A stretch of 64,000 nucleotides of DNA, from assembly GCA_965248195.1 (NCBI GenBank), contig CBDFIQ010000002.1, positions 1,888,001-1,952,000 of the forward strand, in the 5' to 3' direction. Source of the stretch: Longimicrobiales bacterium. GTDB lineage: Bacteria; Gemmatimonadota; Gemmatimonadetes; Longimicrobiales; Gaopeijiaceae. Shown here in pieces: positions 47,688-59,136 of the stretch (within the stretch, counting starts at the first letter, position 1; the number at the start of each line of letters is the position of its first letter). A program made the position numbers and the translations under genes. The notes under the pieces were generated by a model. It searched no databases. It saw only the letters and a program-made list of their open reading frames with translations, and was not told the origin of the DNA.

Positions 47688-49904
47688 GTGTCACGTTCGA
47701 CCGAGCCGGGGGGAGCCCCCACGCCTGCAGCGCCGGTTCGGGCGTGGGTACGGAGGTCTCGCCAAGCCCTTGGGGCGTTCTTGATCCTCCTCGCGTTCGT
47801 CCCGTTCTACCGGCTGATGGACACGTCCATAGACGCACCCCATCGGGGGGTCAGCGTCGACGTGGGGCAGGTGATCCCCCAACTCGCGTGGTGGGGCACG
47901 GTCGTGACCTTACTTCTGGCCTGGCTTTTCGCGCGGATCCTGCCCGGCAGGGCCATCCGCAAGATGGGAAAAGCCTTCGGGACGTGGCTTTCGAAGCCGT
48001 CAGCAACGATCTACGCGGTCACACTCTCGGGCATCTCCTTCGGGCTCTCCGTACTCACTGGACGCTTTTTGTATCAGGGGTTCTTCACCAACGTCGACGA
48101 GATCGCGTCCGCGATCCACGCACGCTACCTCGCGAATGGACTCCTTGCCGGGCCGATCGCCGAGGCCCCTGAAGCCTGGCTGATCCCTAACACCTTCATG
48201 GTCTCCGAGGGTTGGGTGTCCCACTTCCCTCCAGCTCACCTTCTGGCCATGGCAGCACTGATCCGGATGGGTATTCCCATGTTGCTCGGGCCGATATTCG
48301 CAGGTGTGCTCGCCGGCCTGCTCGCCCTATCCCTTCCAAGGCTACTGCCGGGGCATCCGGGGCCGGCCCGCGTCGCCGCTCTGCTCGTTGCCGTAACACC
48401 CTTCACTTTCTTCATGGGCGGCGGCTCGATGAGCCACATCTCGGCCGGTGCGTTCGGGGCGGCCGTGCTGTATTCGGCGTTACGAGCTAGGGATGGTAGT
48501 GCGTGGTGGGGAGTGGCTGCCGGGGCCGCCGTCGGGCTCATGGTTTCGGATCGTCCCCTGATCGGCTTGGTGGTAGGAACCGTTTTCACCCTGGGTCTGT
48601 GGGGCCCGCCCGCGTTCACAGAGCGTGCCCAAGCGTGGTTCTTGCGCCGCGCCGCGGCCACCCTGGTGGGAGGGGCGCCCTTCGCTGTGCTCTTCGGCTG
48701 GTTCAATCAGCGCCTCTACGGAAGTCCCTTCACCCTGGGCTATCTGGCCGCCTTCGGAGATCGCCATCGCTTGGGTCTCCACATGGATCCGTGGGGATTT
48801 CCCTACGGCGTTCGAGAGGCCGTGGCCTTCACCTCATCGGACGTGCTCAGTTTCGGAACCCAGTTGCTGGAGACGCCCTTCCCGATAACCGCGCTCATCG
48901 GGCTATACCTTCTGTTGGCTTCTCGACTTCCCAAGGGGGTCGGGGTTCTCGTAGCGTGGGCATTCCTCCCGGTCGTGGCGAACGCATACTACTGGTTCCA
49001 CGATGTACGGATGCTCTTCGAGGTGGCCCCCGCATGGATCGCCCTGGGTGTGATCGCAGCCCTCGGATTGGTCCGCGAGTGGGGCGGCAACGTCAATGAG
49101 CCTGCCGCCGCCGAAGCCGCCCCCGGGGGGGGTCGCCCCGACCAGGAACACTCCCGTGATCGGAGAAATTGGGCTGCGGATATGGCCACTTGGACCATCG
49201 TGATCGGCCTTGTGGGTGCCGTGGTGTGGGGCGCTCCCACCCGATGGGCCAGTTACCGATGGAGTGAGGAAACCTTACAGCGCATCACGGTACCACCCCT
49301 CCCTACCGAGGAACCCGCGATCGTCTTCGTACACACTTCTTGGAATGAACGCCTCAGCTCTCGCCTTCAGGGCGCCGGTGGGATGAGACAGGACACCGTC
49401 ATCACCGCCCTGCGCCGAAATACCAATTGTGGGCTTCATTCATACGCGTTGGCTCGGGAACGTCGTTTTGCCGGAACCGATCCTCGACAGACGGATATCC
49501 TGGGTCCCGGTGGCGTGTCCCTTCCCGCAGTGGACCTCGAGCAGATACCCGTTACACCTTCTGACATTGAGCGCCCCCCCTCACCGCCGGGTGCCACGCT
49601 GCGTACCCGAGCTGGAGAGCCCTTTGGGATCGCATGTCTCCGGGAGGTCGGCGCGGATCGGTACGGGGCGGTCGCGCTCGCCCCTCTGCTCTGGCAAGGA
49701 GACCTCCCCGGAATCGAAGAGGGCCGCCCGATGTTCGTCAGGGATTTCGGGCCTGAGCAGAATAGGCGCCTACTCGACGCCTATCCGGAACGGCAAGCGT
49801 TCGTTTTCGTGCCCAAGGATCCGAGCCTTCCGCCGGAGATCGTCCCGTACGATGAGGCGATGGCCCAGCTGTGGGGGGTCGTGGGTGTGGCCGGCAGGCC
49901 CTGA
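47688..49904 (+). CDS. Polytopic membrane protein, probable GT-C glycosyltransferase
   Basis: DE motif after the N-terminal TMs, S.FPP, MSH and RP motifs; many TMs. Confidence 0.65.
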   Translation: MSRSTEPGGAPTPAAPVRAWVRRSRQALGAFLILLAFVPFYRLMDTSIDAPHRGVSVDVGQVIPQLAWWGTVVTLLLAWLFARILPGRAIRKMGKAFGTWLSKPSATIYAVTLSGISFGLSVLTGRFLYQGFFTNVDEIASAIHARYLANGLLAGPIAEAPEAWLIPNTFMVSEGWVSHFPPAHLLAMAALIRMGIPMLLGPIFAGVLAGLLALSLPRLLPGHPGPARVAALLVAVTPFTFFMGGGSMSHISAGAFGAAVLYSALRARDGSAWWGVAAGAAVGLMVSDRPLIGLVVGTVFTLGLWGPPAFTERAQAWFLRRAAATLVGGAPFAVLFGWFNQRLYGSPFTLGYLAAFGDRHRLGLHMDPWGFPYGVREAVAFTSSDVLSFGTQLLETPFPITALIGLYLLLASRLPKGVGVLVAWAFLPVVANAYYWFHDVRMLFEVAPAWIALGVIAALGLVREWGGNVNEPAAAEAAPGGGRPDQEHSRDRRNWAADMATWTIVIGLVGAVVWGAPTRWASYRWSEETLQRITVPPLPTEEPAIVFVHTSWNERLSSRLQGAGGMRQDTVITALRRNTNCGLHSYALARERRFAGTDPRQTDILGPGGVSLPAVDLEQIPVTPSDIERPPSPPGATLRTRAGEPFGIACLREVGADRYGAVALAPLLWQGDLPGIEEGRPMFVRDFGPEQNRRLLDAYPERQAFVFVPKDPSLPPEIVPYDEAMAQLWGVVGVAGRP

Positions 49905-49937
49905 GGGGGGCCCCTCCTAGCACCGCGCTTCCGCTTG

Positions 49938-51666
49938 CTAGAAAAGCGGGCCCCCGTCCAGAAGGTCTCCGGCCACCGCACTCTCGACGGGCCGAGAAAA
50001 CAGGTAACCCTGGGCTTCTTCGCACCCGAGCTCGATCAGCTGTTTCAGCTGATCCTCCGTTTCGACGCCCTCCGCGATGATCGACAAGTCGAGGTTTTTC
50101 GCCAACCGGACGATCGTCTTCACGATCTCCAGGTCGGAGTCGCCCTCACTCATTCGGTCCACGAAGGACCGATCGATCTTCAAGGTGTGGATCGGCAGCC
50201 GGCACAGGTAGCTGAGCGAAGAATAACCCGTGCCGAAGTCGTCTATATGGAGGCGCAACGAACGGTCCCAGAGCTGCTGTAGGACCGCCGAGGAGCCGGC
50301 CAGGTTCGACATCAAGGAAGACTCGGTGATCTCGATGTGTAACGAAGCGGGGGGAATCCCGTAGCGGGAGATCCGGGTGGCGATCTGATCGACGAGATCG
50401 GCCTGCTCGAACTGCCTCGCCGAAAGGTTGATCGCCATGGTCAGCGGCACGTCTCGGGGAAACCGGTCCTGCCACTCCTTGAGTTGGCGGCAACCCTCCT
50501 CCAGGCCCCACCACCCGATGGGAACGATCAGGCCCGTTTCTTCGGCCACCGGCACGAATTCATCTGGAGAGACCGTGCCACGATCGGGATCTTTCCCAGC
50601 GCAAGAGGGCCTCGAAACCCAGGATGTGACCGGTCTCGAGCGAAACGATGGGCTGATAATGAAGAACCATTTCATCTCGTTCCACCGCCACCTTGAGGCG
50701 AGACTCCAAATGAACCCGCGCGAGGGCTCCAGCATGTAACACGGGATCGAAAATGCGATGGGAGCTCGGGCCGTCTTCGGCGCGAGCCGTGCGCGAGGCG
50801 GTCTTGGCGTCCCGGACCATGTCACTCGGCCTCTCGAAGCCCGTCTGACTCAGGGCTATTCCGATGCTGGCGCTGGAAAACACCTCCTGGTCCTCGATAT
50901 GGAACGGGGTCGAAAGGGCCTGATGGATGCGGTTGGCCAACCGCACCGGCTCACTCGTGTTGTTCACACCATCGAGCAACAAAATGAACTCGTCCCCCTC
51001 CATACGAGCGACCGTGTCCACCGGACGCACGCAGGGCTCCAGACGCTCGCCTACCCCCCGAAGGAGGGAATCGCCCCAGCCGCGCCCGTGCTTCTCGTTG
51101 ATTTCCCGAAAGCCGTCGAGATCCACATACAGGACCGAGAACGCCCCACTCTCCCTCGCGTGGCGCCTGGCCGCCCGATCGAGCCTCTCGAAAAAAAGCT
51201 GCCGGTTGGGAAGATCGGTGATCGGATCGCGAAGGGCGTCCCGCATCAAATCGAGCTCCCTCTGCTTTTGGCGCTGAAGCGCCCGCACCTGCCGCTCGGC
51301 GATCGTCAGCCGAACATGGAGAAGATCCCCCGTCAGCGGCTTGGTGAGATAGTCATCGGCCCCCGCCGAGAGTGCCTCCTCGAGGCCCTCTCGCCCGTCC
51401 ACGCCGGTCGCGAACAAAATCACCGTCTGGGCGGACTCCGGCACGAGTCGTATTTCACGACACAGTTCCATCCCGTTCATGTCCGGAAGCATGATGTCGA
51501 GGATCACGAGCGGGCACGGGTTGCGCTGGTACGCCAGGAGACCTTCCGCCGACGTCCCGTAAGCCGCCACCTCGTGCCCCCGGCCCTCAAGGATGCGCGT
51601 CAGCAGCACCCGCTGGTCTTCGTCATCCTCTACGACAAGGGTCTGAAGCGGATCTTGGGTCATCAA
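49938..51666 (-). pseudogene. REC-GGDEF-EAL protein, frameshifted near 50595
   Basis: REC, EGDEF and FEALLRW in one frame; DPDRGTVSP, EITE, DDFGTGYSS and AEGVE in the next. Confidence 0.88.
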
Positions 51667-51929
51667 TCGGGCGAGGCGGCTGGTTAGGGGGCGCAGGGGC
51701 AGGTTGACCTTTCACCACTCTACCCCCAAGCCCATACGCAGGTCAACGAAAAGACCACAACGGGAAAAAAATCCCGTTGGCGGCGGCCAGCACCGCAAAT
51801 AGCTTTTGAAAGACGGGGATCTCACAATCCGTCCACCCTCGATCCATCCCCTCGTCAGAGGAGCACGCTCGTGACGCCAAGCAGAGTCCCCACGGCCGCA
51901 CAGGTAGCGCGGAGTGGAGTCGACACCCA

Positions 51930-53033
51930 TTGAGGGTGTCTTGGAAGGCCGTCGTCGGTGTCGCACTCAGCGCCTTTTTCATCTGGTGGGTGCTACGAGG
52001 TGAGGACCCCGTTGAAATCGTCGCCCAGATCTCCAGCGCGAATCCCTGGTACTTCGTAGCCGCTATTCTCGTCGGCACAGGGGGATTTTTCGGCCGCACG
52101 TTGCGCTGGAAGGTCCTTCTGCACCCGCTTAAGGCCGACACGCGGTTTCGCTCCAGATTCGCCAGCGTCAGTATCGGCTTCGCCATGAACAACATCTTCC
52201 CGGCACGTCTCGGGGAGCTCGCACGGGCATTCGCTCTGAGCCGAGCCGAGCCCGTGCCGGTGTCGGGTGCTGTCGGAACCCTGGTGGTCGAGCGTTTCCT
52301 CGACTCCATCGTACTCGTGTCTTTTTTTCTGGTGCCGATGGCCCTTCCCTCGTTCCCAGGGGCGGATGAGCTCCTGAGCGGGGCGGTGGCTGGCCCCGTA
52401 CTGAGAACGACTTTCGGGATGCTCGCGATCTTCCTCATGGGGCTGGTGGCGATCCTGATCTTTCCTGAACCCTTGGTGCATGCGGTCGAAAGGCTCTGCC
52501 GTCGGCTCCCGAGAAAGTCAGGACCCCGGGTGGTCTCCGCATTGGAGACCTTCCTCCAGGCGCTGAAAGTGCTCCGCCACCCGGTCCTACTTACGAAGGC
52601 CGTTCTATGGAGTTACGCCCTTTGGCTTTGGAGCGGACTCTCGTTTTGGCTTGCCTTCAGGGCGTTCGGTATCGATTTGGGGTTCGACGCTGCGGTATTC
52701 ACGATGGCTGTGGTAGGGTTCGCGGTCGCGATCCCGGCGGCGCCTGGCTTTTTCGGAACCTTCCAGTTGGGCACTGATCTCGCCCTGAGTGGCGTTTATG
52801 ACGTACCGGAGCCGACTGCGCTCGCCTTCTCGTTCGGATTTCATCTCGGGGGGTTCTTCCCCATCACGATCATTGGACTCTACTACGCGTGGCGTTTGGG
52901 CTTTTCGTTGAGGGAGCTCCGCGAAGGTGAGGTTATGCTCGTCGAGCCCGTCGAGGTGAGTGGCGAAGCCCGCCAGGCCGGCGTCCCCGACGACCGGGAT
53001 CAGGCAGGGCACGAGGCGGGAGCTAAAGGTTGA
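51930..53033 (+). CDS. Lysylphosphatidylglycerol-synthase-TM (flippase-like) family protein
   Basis: RW..LL, NNIFPARLGE..R, ERFLD and P.APG..G motifs. Confidence 0.9.
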   Translation: MRVSWKAVVGVALSAFFIWWVLRGEDPVEIVAQISSANPWYFVAAILVGTGGFFGRTLRWKVLLHPLKADTRFRSRFASVSIGFAMNNIFPARLGELARAFALSRAEPVPVSGAVGTLVVERFLDSIVLVSFFLVPMALPSFPGADELLSGAVAGPVLRTTFGMLAIFLMGLVAILIFPEPLVHAVERLCRRLPRKSGPRVVSALETFLQALKVLRHPVLLTKAVLWSYALWLWSGLSFWLAFRAFGIDLGFDAAVFTMAVVGFAVAIPAAPGFFGTFQLGTDLALSGVYDVPEPTALAFSFGFHLGGFFPITIIGLYYAWRLGFSLRELREGEVMLVEPVEVSGEARQAGVPDDRDQAGHEAGAKG

Positions 53034-53069
53034 GATCGTGGCCGAGCTCCGCAAGCTGGTGCTCCGTCC

Positions 53070-54744
53070 GTGGTGTGTGAATTATTGACCATGGACCTCA
53101 CCTCCGAAGTCGCACCCGAGGCGCCCATGACACGGCTGACAGCCGTCACGCACGTCCTCGAACGAAGCGGCTGGGCTCGGTTTTCTCTCGTTTTCCTGCT
53201 CATCCTCGTCCTGAAGTGGGACACGCTGCTCCAGCCTCCGGTGTGGGACACCGCCATGGGGCTGTTCCCGCCCGCCCTCACCTTGGCCGAAAACGGGTTC
53301 GATCTGCTCGAACTGTTGGGGATGCCGGGCTACCAAGAGGGGGGACCCAACGCCCACAGCACGTCCCTGGTCACCCTGGCCACAGCGGTGGTCCTCTGGA
53401 TCTCGGGAGGGGGCACCAGGAGCTTCCTGATTCTCCATCTCCTTCACTTCGCCGGTGCGGCTCTGGCCCTCCTGACGCTGTTCCGCCTCGCCCGTCCGAT
53501 GTTCGGCAGCGGCACGAGCGTCCTTCTGTGCATGAGCGTGCTGCTCAATCCGATCTTCTCGACCCAGGTCGGCTACCTCTACCTGGAGATGCCGCTCTTT
53601 CTCTGCACGGTCCTGGCGCTTCTCGCCTGGACGGAGGGGAGGTTTCTGGCCGGCGGTGCTCTGGGCCACGCTGGCCTATGCGACGAAGGAGACCGGGATC
53701 ATCGTTCCGGCCACCCTCACATTGGCGGCGCTACTTGAGCGACGCGGCCTGTCTGACAAAACGAGACGAGCGGCGCAGATCGCCGTATTTCCGATTCTGT
53801 GGACGGCGGTCGTCGCCCTCTTGCGCCGAATCGCGGTCAGTGGATCCGAGGACTACGCATTCCTGCCGTCCTTCGATGGCGTCTTCGGCGGACTCGGAGA
53901 GTTCCTGGCGCACTTCCTTCTCAACGTTCCCGATCTGCTGGGCTTCATCGCCGTATTTCTTGTGACGACCATCGTTTGCTTCATTCCGATCTTCGGAACA
54001 CTCCTCAGCGAACCCCTGGATCCGTACGCCCGGACGCCGGAGCATCAGGAGCTCCTCGTTCTCGGCTACAGCGGGGTGCTCATCGTCTTTTTCATGCTGC
54101 TCTTCCTGGTGGCCCTTCCGGTGGCAACGGCGTTCACCCTGGTGCTCCCCCGCTACTACGTAATCATCTTGCCGTTTCTACTGATTTGGGTGGGCTACGC
54201 CGTGAAACGACTCCTCGGCCGTCGCCTCACATCGCCCGCGGCGGTCTGCTTCATCCTCCTTTCGGCCTTCTTCGCTCTGAACACGAGCGGCGCTCTCTAT
54301 CCCCTGGACATCGACACGAAAGGCCCAGGGAACGACCCTCCGCTCACGGAGCGCTCCAATGCTTACCGTCGCCTCCTGGCCCTCGAGGTGGACGCCATCC
54401 GGGCACTCGAGGAACTCCCGCCCGGGGTGCCGGTCTACTACGGGCACTACGAGCACTACCTGCTCCAGTATCCAGGGCTCGGATACGCCAGCGGCCCCCT
54501 CTCCAACGGGCACAACTTCTCGGTGGAGTCCCTCGCGGACCTCATCGGGGGGGAGCCCTTGCCACCATGTGTGTATGCCCTCTTCAACTACCCGTGGCTC
54601 GGTGGGGAGAAAATCCTCGGCCTGATCCGCTTCGCTTTGGCGACGCCAGGGCTGTCGGCCGAGGTGGTTCGGGAGTTTCGGGACGGACGGTACGTGATAA
54701 TACTGCTCCGAATCCGAAGCGGGGATACAGATTGTAAGGTATGA
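53070..54744 (+). pseudogene. ArnT/PMT-like membrane glycosyltransferase, frameshifted near 53640
   Basis: Two overlapping hydrophobic ORFs joined by a 1-nt shift; WD, KETG and PRY motifs. Confidence 0.65.
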
Positions 54745-55899
54745 GTACGAACGACCTCTTCGAAGGGCGGATCCCCTTCAACCGGCCCTACCTCGTGGGG
54801 TCCGAGTTCGAGCGAATGCGAGAGGCCGTGGAGGGCCTTGTGATTTCGGAGGGCGGACCCTTCACGGACAAGTGTGAGCAGCTTCTGATGGAGCTGACCG
54901 GAGCCGGGGCGGCTCTGCTTACGTCCTCGTGCACCCACGCACTGGAGATGGCCGCCCTACTGCTGGACCTGAAAGAAGGCGACGAGGTCGTGATGCCCTC
55001 CTTCACCTTCGTCAGCACGGCAAATGCGTTCGCACTGAGAGGAGCCACACCGATCTTCGCCGACATCCGCCCGGACACCCTCAACCTCGATGAGTACCTC
55101 CTGGAGTCCAAGATCACCCCCACGGACGCGGGCGATCGTGGTCGTCCACTACGCGGGCGTGGGTTGCGAGATGGACGCGATCCAGACCGTCGCCGACGAG
55201 GCCGGACTCTCCATCATCGAAGACAACGCCCACGGTCTTCTGGGGAGCTACAAAGGAAAGCCGCTGGGGACGCTGGGGGTCATGGCCACGCAGAGCTTCC
55301 ACGAGACGAAGAACCTGACGTGCGGGAAAGGCGGGGCGCTCCTCCTGAACGATGCCGATCTGCTGGACCGTGCGAGAGTCATCCGAAACAAGGGCACGAA
55401 TCGCGCGCAGTTCCTGGAGGGTCTCGTGGACAAGTATACCTGGGTCGGGCTGGGCTCGAGCTATCAGCCCTCCGACCTCCTGTCCGCCTTTCTCCTCTGC
55501 CAGCTCGAGGCGAGAACCCTCATTCAAGAGAAGCGGAAGGAGATCTGGCAACGGTACCATGAAGGACTTGAGGACTGGGCAGAGGCCGAGGGCGTACAGA
55601 GGCCGGTCGTGCCCGAGCATGTCGAGCAGGCCTTCCACATGTACTACCTGCTGCTGCCGACTGGCGAGCATCGGAACCGGTTCATCTCGTTTCTCGAGGA
55701 CCGCGGCATCAACGCGGTCTTTCACTATGTACCGCTGAACCTTTCGCCCATGGGTGAGCGTCTCGGCGCCTGGCCAGGCGACTGCCCCGTGGCTGAGGAC
55801 ATCAGTAGTCGTCTGGTGCGGCTTCCCTTCTTTACGGGGCTGGACGAGGCGAACCAGGAGATCGTCATCCGCACGGTAAGGGAGTACTGCTGTGGGTAA
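54741..55899 (+). pseudogene. dTDP-4-amino-4,6-dideoxygalactose transaminase (WecE/RffA-like), frameshifted at 55117-55121
   Basis: SCTHALE and SFTFVST in one frame; VHYAG, EDNAH, SFHETKN and KGTNR in the next. Confidence 0.9.
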
Positions 55900-56647
55900 G
55901 GCATCGAACGCCGGAGCCCCGGTAGCGGACGCGGCCTTGCGCCCGGCGCCCAAACGCATTGCCGTCGTTCAGTCGAACTACATTCCATGGAAGGGATACT
56001 TCGACCTCATCGCCAGCGTCGACGAGTTCGTGCTCCTCGACGACGCACAGTTCACCCGCCGGGATTGGCGGAACAGGAACCGCATCAAGACCGCGGACGG
56101 GCTCAAGTGGCTCACGATTCCGGTCGAGATGAAGGGCAAGTACGATCAGGCCATCAAGGATACCCGGATCAGCGACCCTTCTTGGCGTGAGAAGCACTGG
56201 ACGAGGCTCTATCATGCCTACTCGAGGGCACCGTGTTTTTCCCAGTACGCAGCGCGGATCGAGGAGGTCTATCAGGATGCGTCGGACGAGCGTCTCAGCC
56301 AGATCAACCACCGATTCCTCACTGCCATTTGTGATATCCTTGGAATCGACACCAAGATCACATGGTCCATGGACTACGGAGCGACGGGGCGGAAGTCGGA
56401 GCGCTTGTTGGACATCTGCGGGCAGGCCGGTGCGACGGAGTACCTTTCTGGACCCTCGGCACGGACATATCTCGACGAATCGCTCTTCGGGGAGGCCGGG
56501 GTCGACGTCATCTGGATGGATTACGAAGGGCATTCCGAGTACGATCAACTCTATCCGCCCTTCGAGCACCACGTCACGGTCTTGGATCTCATTTTCCACA
56601 CCGGCGCGGGAGCGCCCGGTCACTTGCTGAAGGGATCGAGTCGATGA
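55892..56647 (+). CDS. WbqC family protein
   Basis: QSNYIPWKGYF, W.NRNRI, WLTIPV and YLSGP motifs. Confidence 0.92.
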   Translation: MGKASNAGAPVADAALRPAPKRIAVVQSNYIPWKGYFDLIASVDEFVLLDDAQFTRRDWRNRNRIKTADGLKWLTIPVEMKGKYDQAIKDTRISDPSWREKHWTRLYHAYSRAPCFSQYAARIEEVYQDASDERLSQINHRFLTAICDILGIDTKITWSMDYGATGRKSERLLDICGQAGATEYLSGPSARTYLDESLFGEAGVDVIWMDYEGHSEYDQLYPPFEHHVTVLDLIFHTGAGAPGHLLKGSSR

Positions 56648-57696
56648 AGCTCTCCATCGTCACCACGCTCTACCGCAGCGCACCGTACTTGCCAGACTTC
56701 TACGATCGTTGCTGCGCGGCGGCCGAGGAAATCACAGATGACTTCGAGATCGTCCTGGTCAACGACGGCTCTCCCGACGACTCGCTCGACATCGCGCTGG
56801 AGCTCTACGAGAGGGACCGGCGCGTCCGGATCGTCGACCTCGCTCGCAACTTCGGTCAGCACAAGGCGATCCTGACCGGCCTCGCTCACGCCCGCGGCGA
56901 TCTGATCTTTTCCCTGGACAGCGATCTCGAGGAAGATCCCAACTGGCTCGGCCGGTTCCACGAGCGGATGCGGGAGACGGGAGCCGACGTCGTCTACGGC
57001 GTTCAGGAAAAACGGAAGGGAAGGCTGTTCGAGCGCATGAGCGGTACGATCTTCTACGCCATCTTCCGCATGCTCTCCAGCTACCCGGTACCAGAGAATC
57101 AGGCGTCCGCGCGATTGATGACGCGCCGCTACGTGGAAAGCCTGATCGAGCATAAGGACAAGGAGGTGTTCCTGGCCGGGCTGTGGGCCATCACGGGATA
57201 CGAGCAGGTCTCCGTGCCCGTGGAGAAGGCCGACAAGGGTATCTCCACATACAGCCTTCGGATGAAGCTCTCATTGGCCCTGACTTCGATTACCGCGTTC
57301 AGCAACGTGCCCCTGGAGCTGGTCTTCTACGTCGGCATGCTCGTAACCGCGGTCTCCGTGTCGGCCGCACTGGTAGCCCTTCTTGCCAAGGTGTTCTTCA
57401 TCGACTTCGAGCTCGGCTGGCCCTCGTTGATCATCTCCATCTGGTTCCTCAGTGGGCTCACTTTCTCGTTTCTCGGCATCATCGGCATGTACCTCTCGAA
57501 GATTTTCATGGAGACCAAGGATCGGCCCTACACGATCATCCGGCAGTCCTACGATCGCCTGGGGGAGGCTCGCATCGGGGAGGATCGCACCGGGGGGGAT
57601 CTCACGGAGGAGGATCGCCTGGGGAAGAGTCGCCTGGGCGGGGATCGGCCGGATGAGCATCGCATGCACCAGGATCGCGAGCGGCGGGAAGCCTAG
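56644..57696 (+). CDS. GT2 polyprenol-phosphate glycosyltransferase (GtrB/ArnC-like)
   Basis: NDGSPD, RNFGQ, DSDLEE, two C-terminal TMs and RP.TII; ATG at 56644. Confidence 0.92.
   Translation: MKLSIVTTLYRSAPYLPDFYDRCCAAAEEITDDFEIVLVNDGSPDDSLDIALELYERDRRVRIVDLARNFGQHKAILTGLAHARGDLIFSLDSDLEEDPNWLGRFHERMRETGADVVYGVQEKRKGRLFERMSGTIFYAIFRMLSSYPVPENQASARLMTRRYVESLIEHKDKEVFLAGLWAITGYEQVSVPVEKADKGISTYSLRMKLSLALTSITAFSNVPLELVFYVGMLVTAVSVSAALVALLAKVFFIDFELGWPSLIISIWFLSGLTFSFLGIIGMYLSKIFMETKDRPYTIIRQSYDRLGEARIGEDRTGGDLTEEDRLGKSRLGGDRPDEHRMHQDRERREA
57553..57687 (+). repeat. About 9 x 15-bp degenerate in-frame repeat in the GT2 tail
   Basis: GATCGC-led units DRLGE-ARIGE-DRTGG-DLTEE-DRLGK-SRLGG-DRPDE-HRMHQ-DRERR. 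Confidence 0.8.
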
Positions 57697-57699
57697 GCG

Positions 57700-58332
57700 A
57701 TGGTAGACGCCTCGATTCGCGAGCGAGTCGCCGATTACTACAGTGAGAAGGTCCGCCAACACGGTGAGACGGCCCGCGGCGTCGACTGGAACTCGACCGA
57801 GTCGCAGAAGACGCGCTTCGATCAGCTCCTGGGAATAGTGCCGTCCGGAGCCGCGCAGTACTCCATTCTGGATTACGGATGCGGGTACGGCGCGCTCGTC
57901 GACGTGCTCACTGAGCGAGGTCAGCCGTTTCGGTACGTGGGATACGACGTATCGGAGGAGATGATCCTACGGGCGGGGCGGCTCCATTCGGGGGAGCAGT
58001 GCTGCTTCACGACGAACGAACAAGAGTTGAGGCCCTCGGACTACCTCGTCGCCAGCGGTGTGCTCAACGTCAAACTCCAGACCTCGGAGGACGAGTGGAA
58101 GAGCCACGTTCTCGATACCCTCAACGAGATCCACAGGCTCTCGCGGAAAGGCTTCGCCTTCAACTCGCTCACGAGCTACTCCGATCCGGAGCATATGCGT
58201 GATGATCTCTTTTACGCGGATCCAAGCTGGCTCTTCAATCACTGCAAGCGAGAGTATTCGGGGCAGGTCGCCCTGTTACACGACTACGGACTATACGAGT
58301 TCACCATCTTGGTGAGAAAGAATCTAGAATGA
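57700..58332 (+). CDS. Class I SAM-dependent methyltransferase
   Basis: GVDWN, LDYGCGYG, ASG..N and HDYGLYEFT motifs. Confidence 0.88.
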   Translation: MVDASIRERVADYYSEKVRQHGETARGVDWNSTESQKTRFDQLLGIVPSGAAQYSILDYGCGYGALVDVLTERGQPFRYVGYDVSEEMILRAGRLHSGEQCCFTTNEQELRPSDYLVASGVLNVKLQTSEDEWKSHVLDTLNEIHRLSRKGFAFNSLTSYSDPEHMRDDLFYADPSWLFNHCKREYSGQVALLHDYGLYEFTILVRKNLE

Positions 58333-58991
58333 GCAAGAGCGTCGTCATCTTCGGCATCGGCGACTTCGCGCAGGTGGCGGACGTCTACCTGACCGAGGAC
58401 AGTCCCCACGAGGTCGTCGCCTTCACGGTCAACCAGAAGTACGTCGACGCCACCGAACTGAGCGGGCGCCCCGTCGTGGCCTTCGAGAGTCTGGAAGAGC
58501 TCTATCCCCCGGACGAGTTCGCCATGTTGGTGGCCATCGGGTTCAGCGGGGTCAACCGTGCCCGCGCCGACATCTGCAGGCAGTGCAAGAAGCGGGGCTA
58601 CGAGCTGATCTCGTATGTCTGCTCCAAGGCTACCACCTGGAGCGACCTCGACGTGGGGGAGAACACTTTCGTCTTCGAAGACAACGTGATCCAGCCGTTC
58701 GTGAAGATCGGAAACAACGTGGTGGTGTGGAGCGGTAACCACATCGGCCATCACACCGTCATCGGAGACCACTGCTTCATCACGTCGCACGTGGTGATCT
58801 CGGGCGGTGTGGAGATCGGCGACTCCTGCTTCCTGGGAGTGAACGCCACCATAAGGGATCACATCACCATCGCTCCTTCCACCGTCATCGGGGCGGGCGC
58901 CATCATCATGAAGGACACCGAAGAGGAAGACGTGTACATCGCTCCCAAGACCGAAAAATCCCGTCGTAGGAGCTCCGGGCTGAACATGTGA
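58329..58991 (+). CDS. Sugar O/N-acyltransferase (NeuD/PglD-like hexapeptide repeat)
   Basis: Rossmann N-domain, IGH and left-handed beta-helix repeats. Confidence 0.88.
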   Translation: MSKSVVIFGIGDFAQVADVYLTEDSPHEVVAFTVNQKYVDATELSGRPVVAFESLEELYPPDEFAMLVAIGFSGVNRARADICRQCKKRGYELISYVCSKATTWSDLDVGENTFVFEDNVIQPFVKIGNNVVVWSGNHIGHHTVIGDHCFITSHVVISGGVEIGDSCFLGVNATIRDHITIAPSTVIGAGAIIMKDTEEEDVYIAPKTEKSRRRSSGLNM

Positions 58992-59017
58992 CGCTCGGCT
59001 CAATATCCAACAACTCC

Positions 59018-59103
59018 ATGCACTCAACTCATGAGAGCCTTGCTCGCTGCGATCTTTGCGGCAGTCAAGATTCGAACCCTATCGTCCGATCCGATCCGGA
59101 ACC
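59018..59103 (+). pseudogene. N-terminal fragment of a Zn-ribbon methyltransferase
   Basis: MHSTHESLARCDLCGSQDSNPIVRSDPE runs into the IS end. Confidence 0.6.
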
Positions 59104-59136
59104 TGTCAACGACAATGGGACACTCTACGGGATTAA

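Noticed and set aside
51700..51780. Inverted repeats upstream of the GGDEF-EAL gene as a c-di-GMP riboswitch
   Set aside because: Stems exist (GTTGACCT/AGGTCAAC, CAACGGGA/TCCCGTTG) but the GEMM consensus does not
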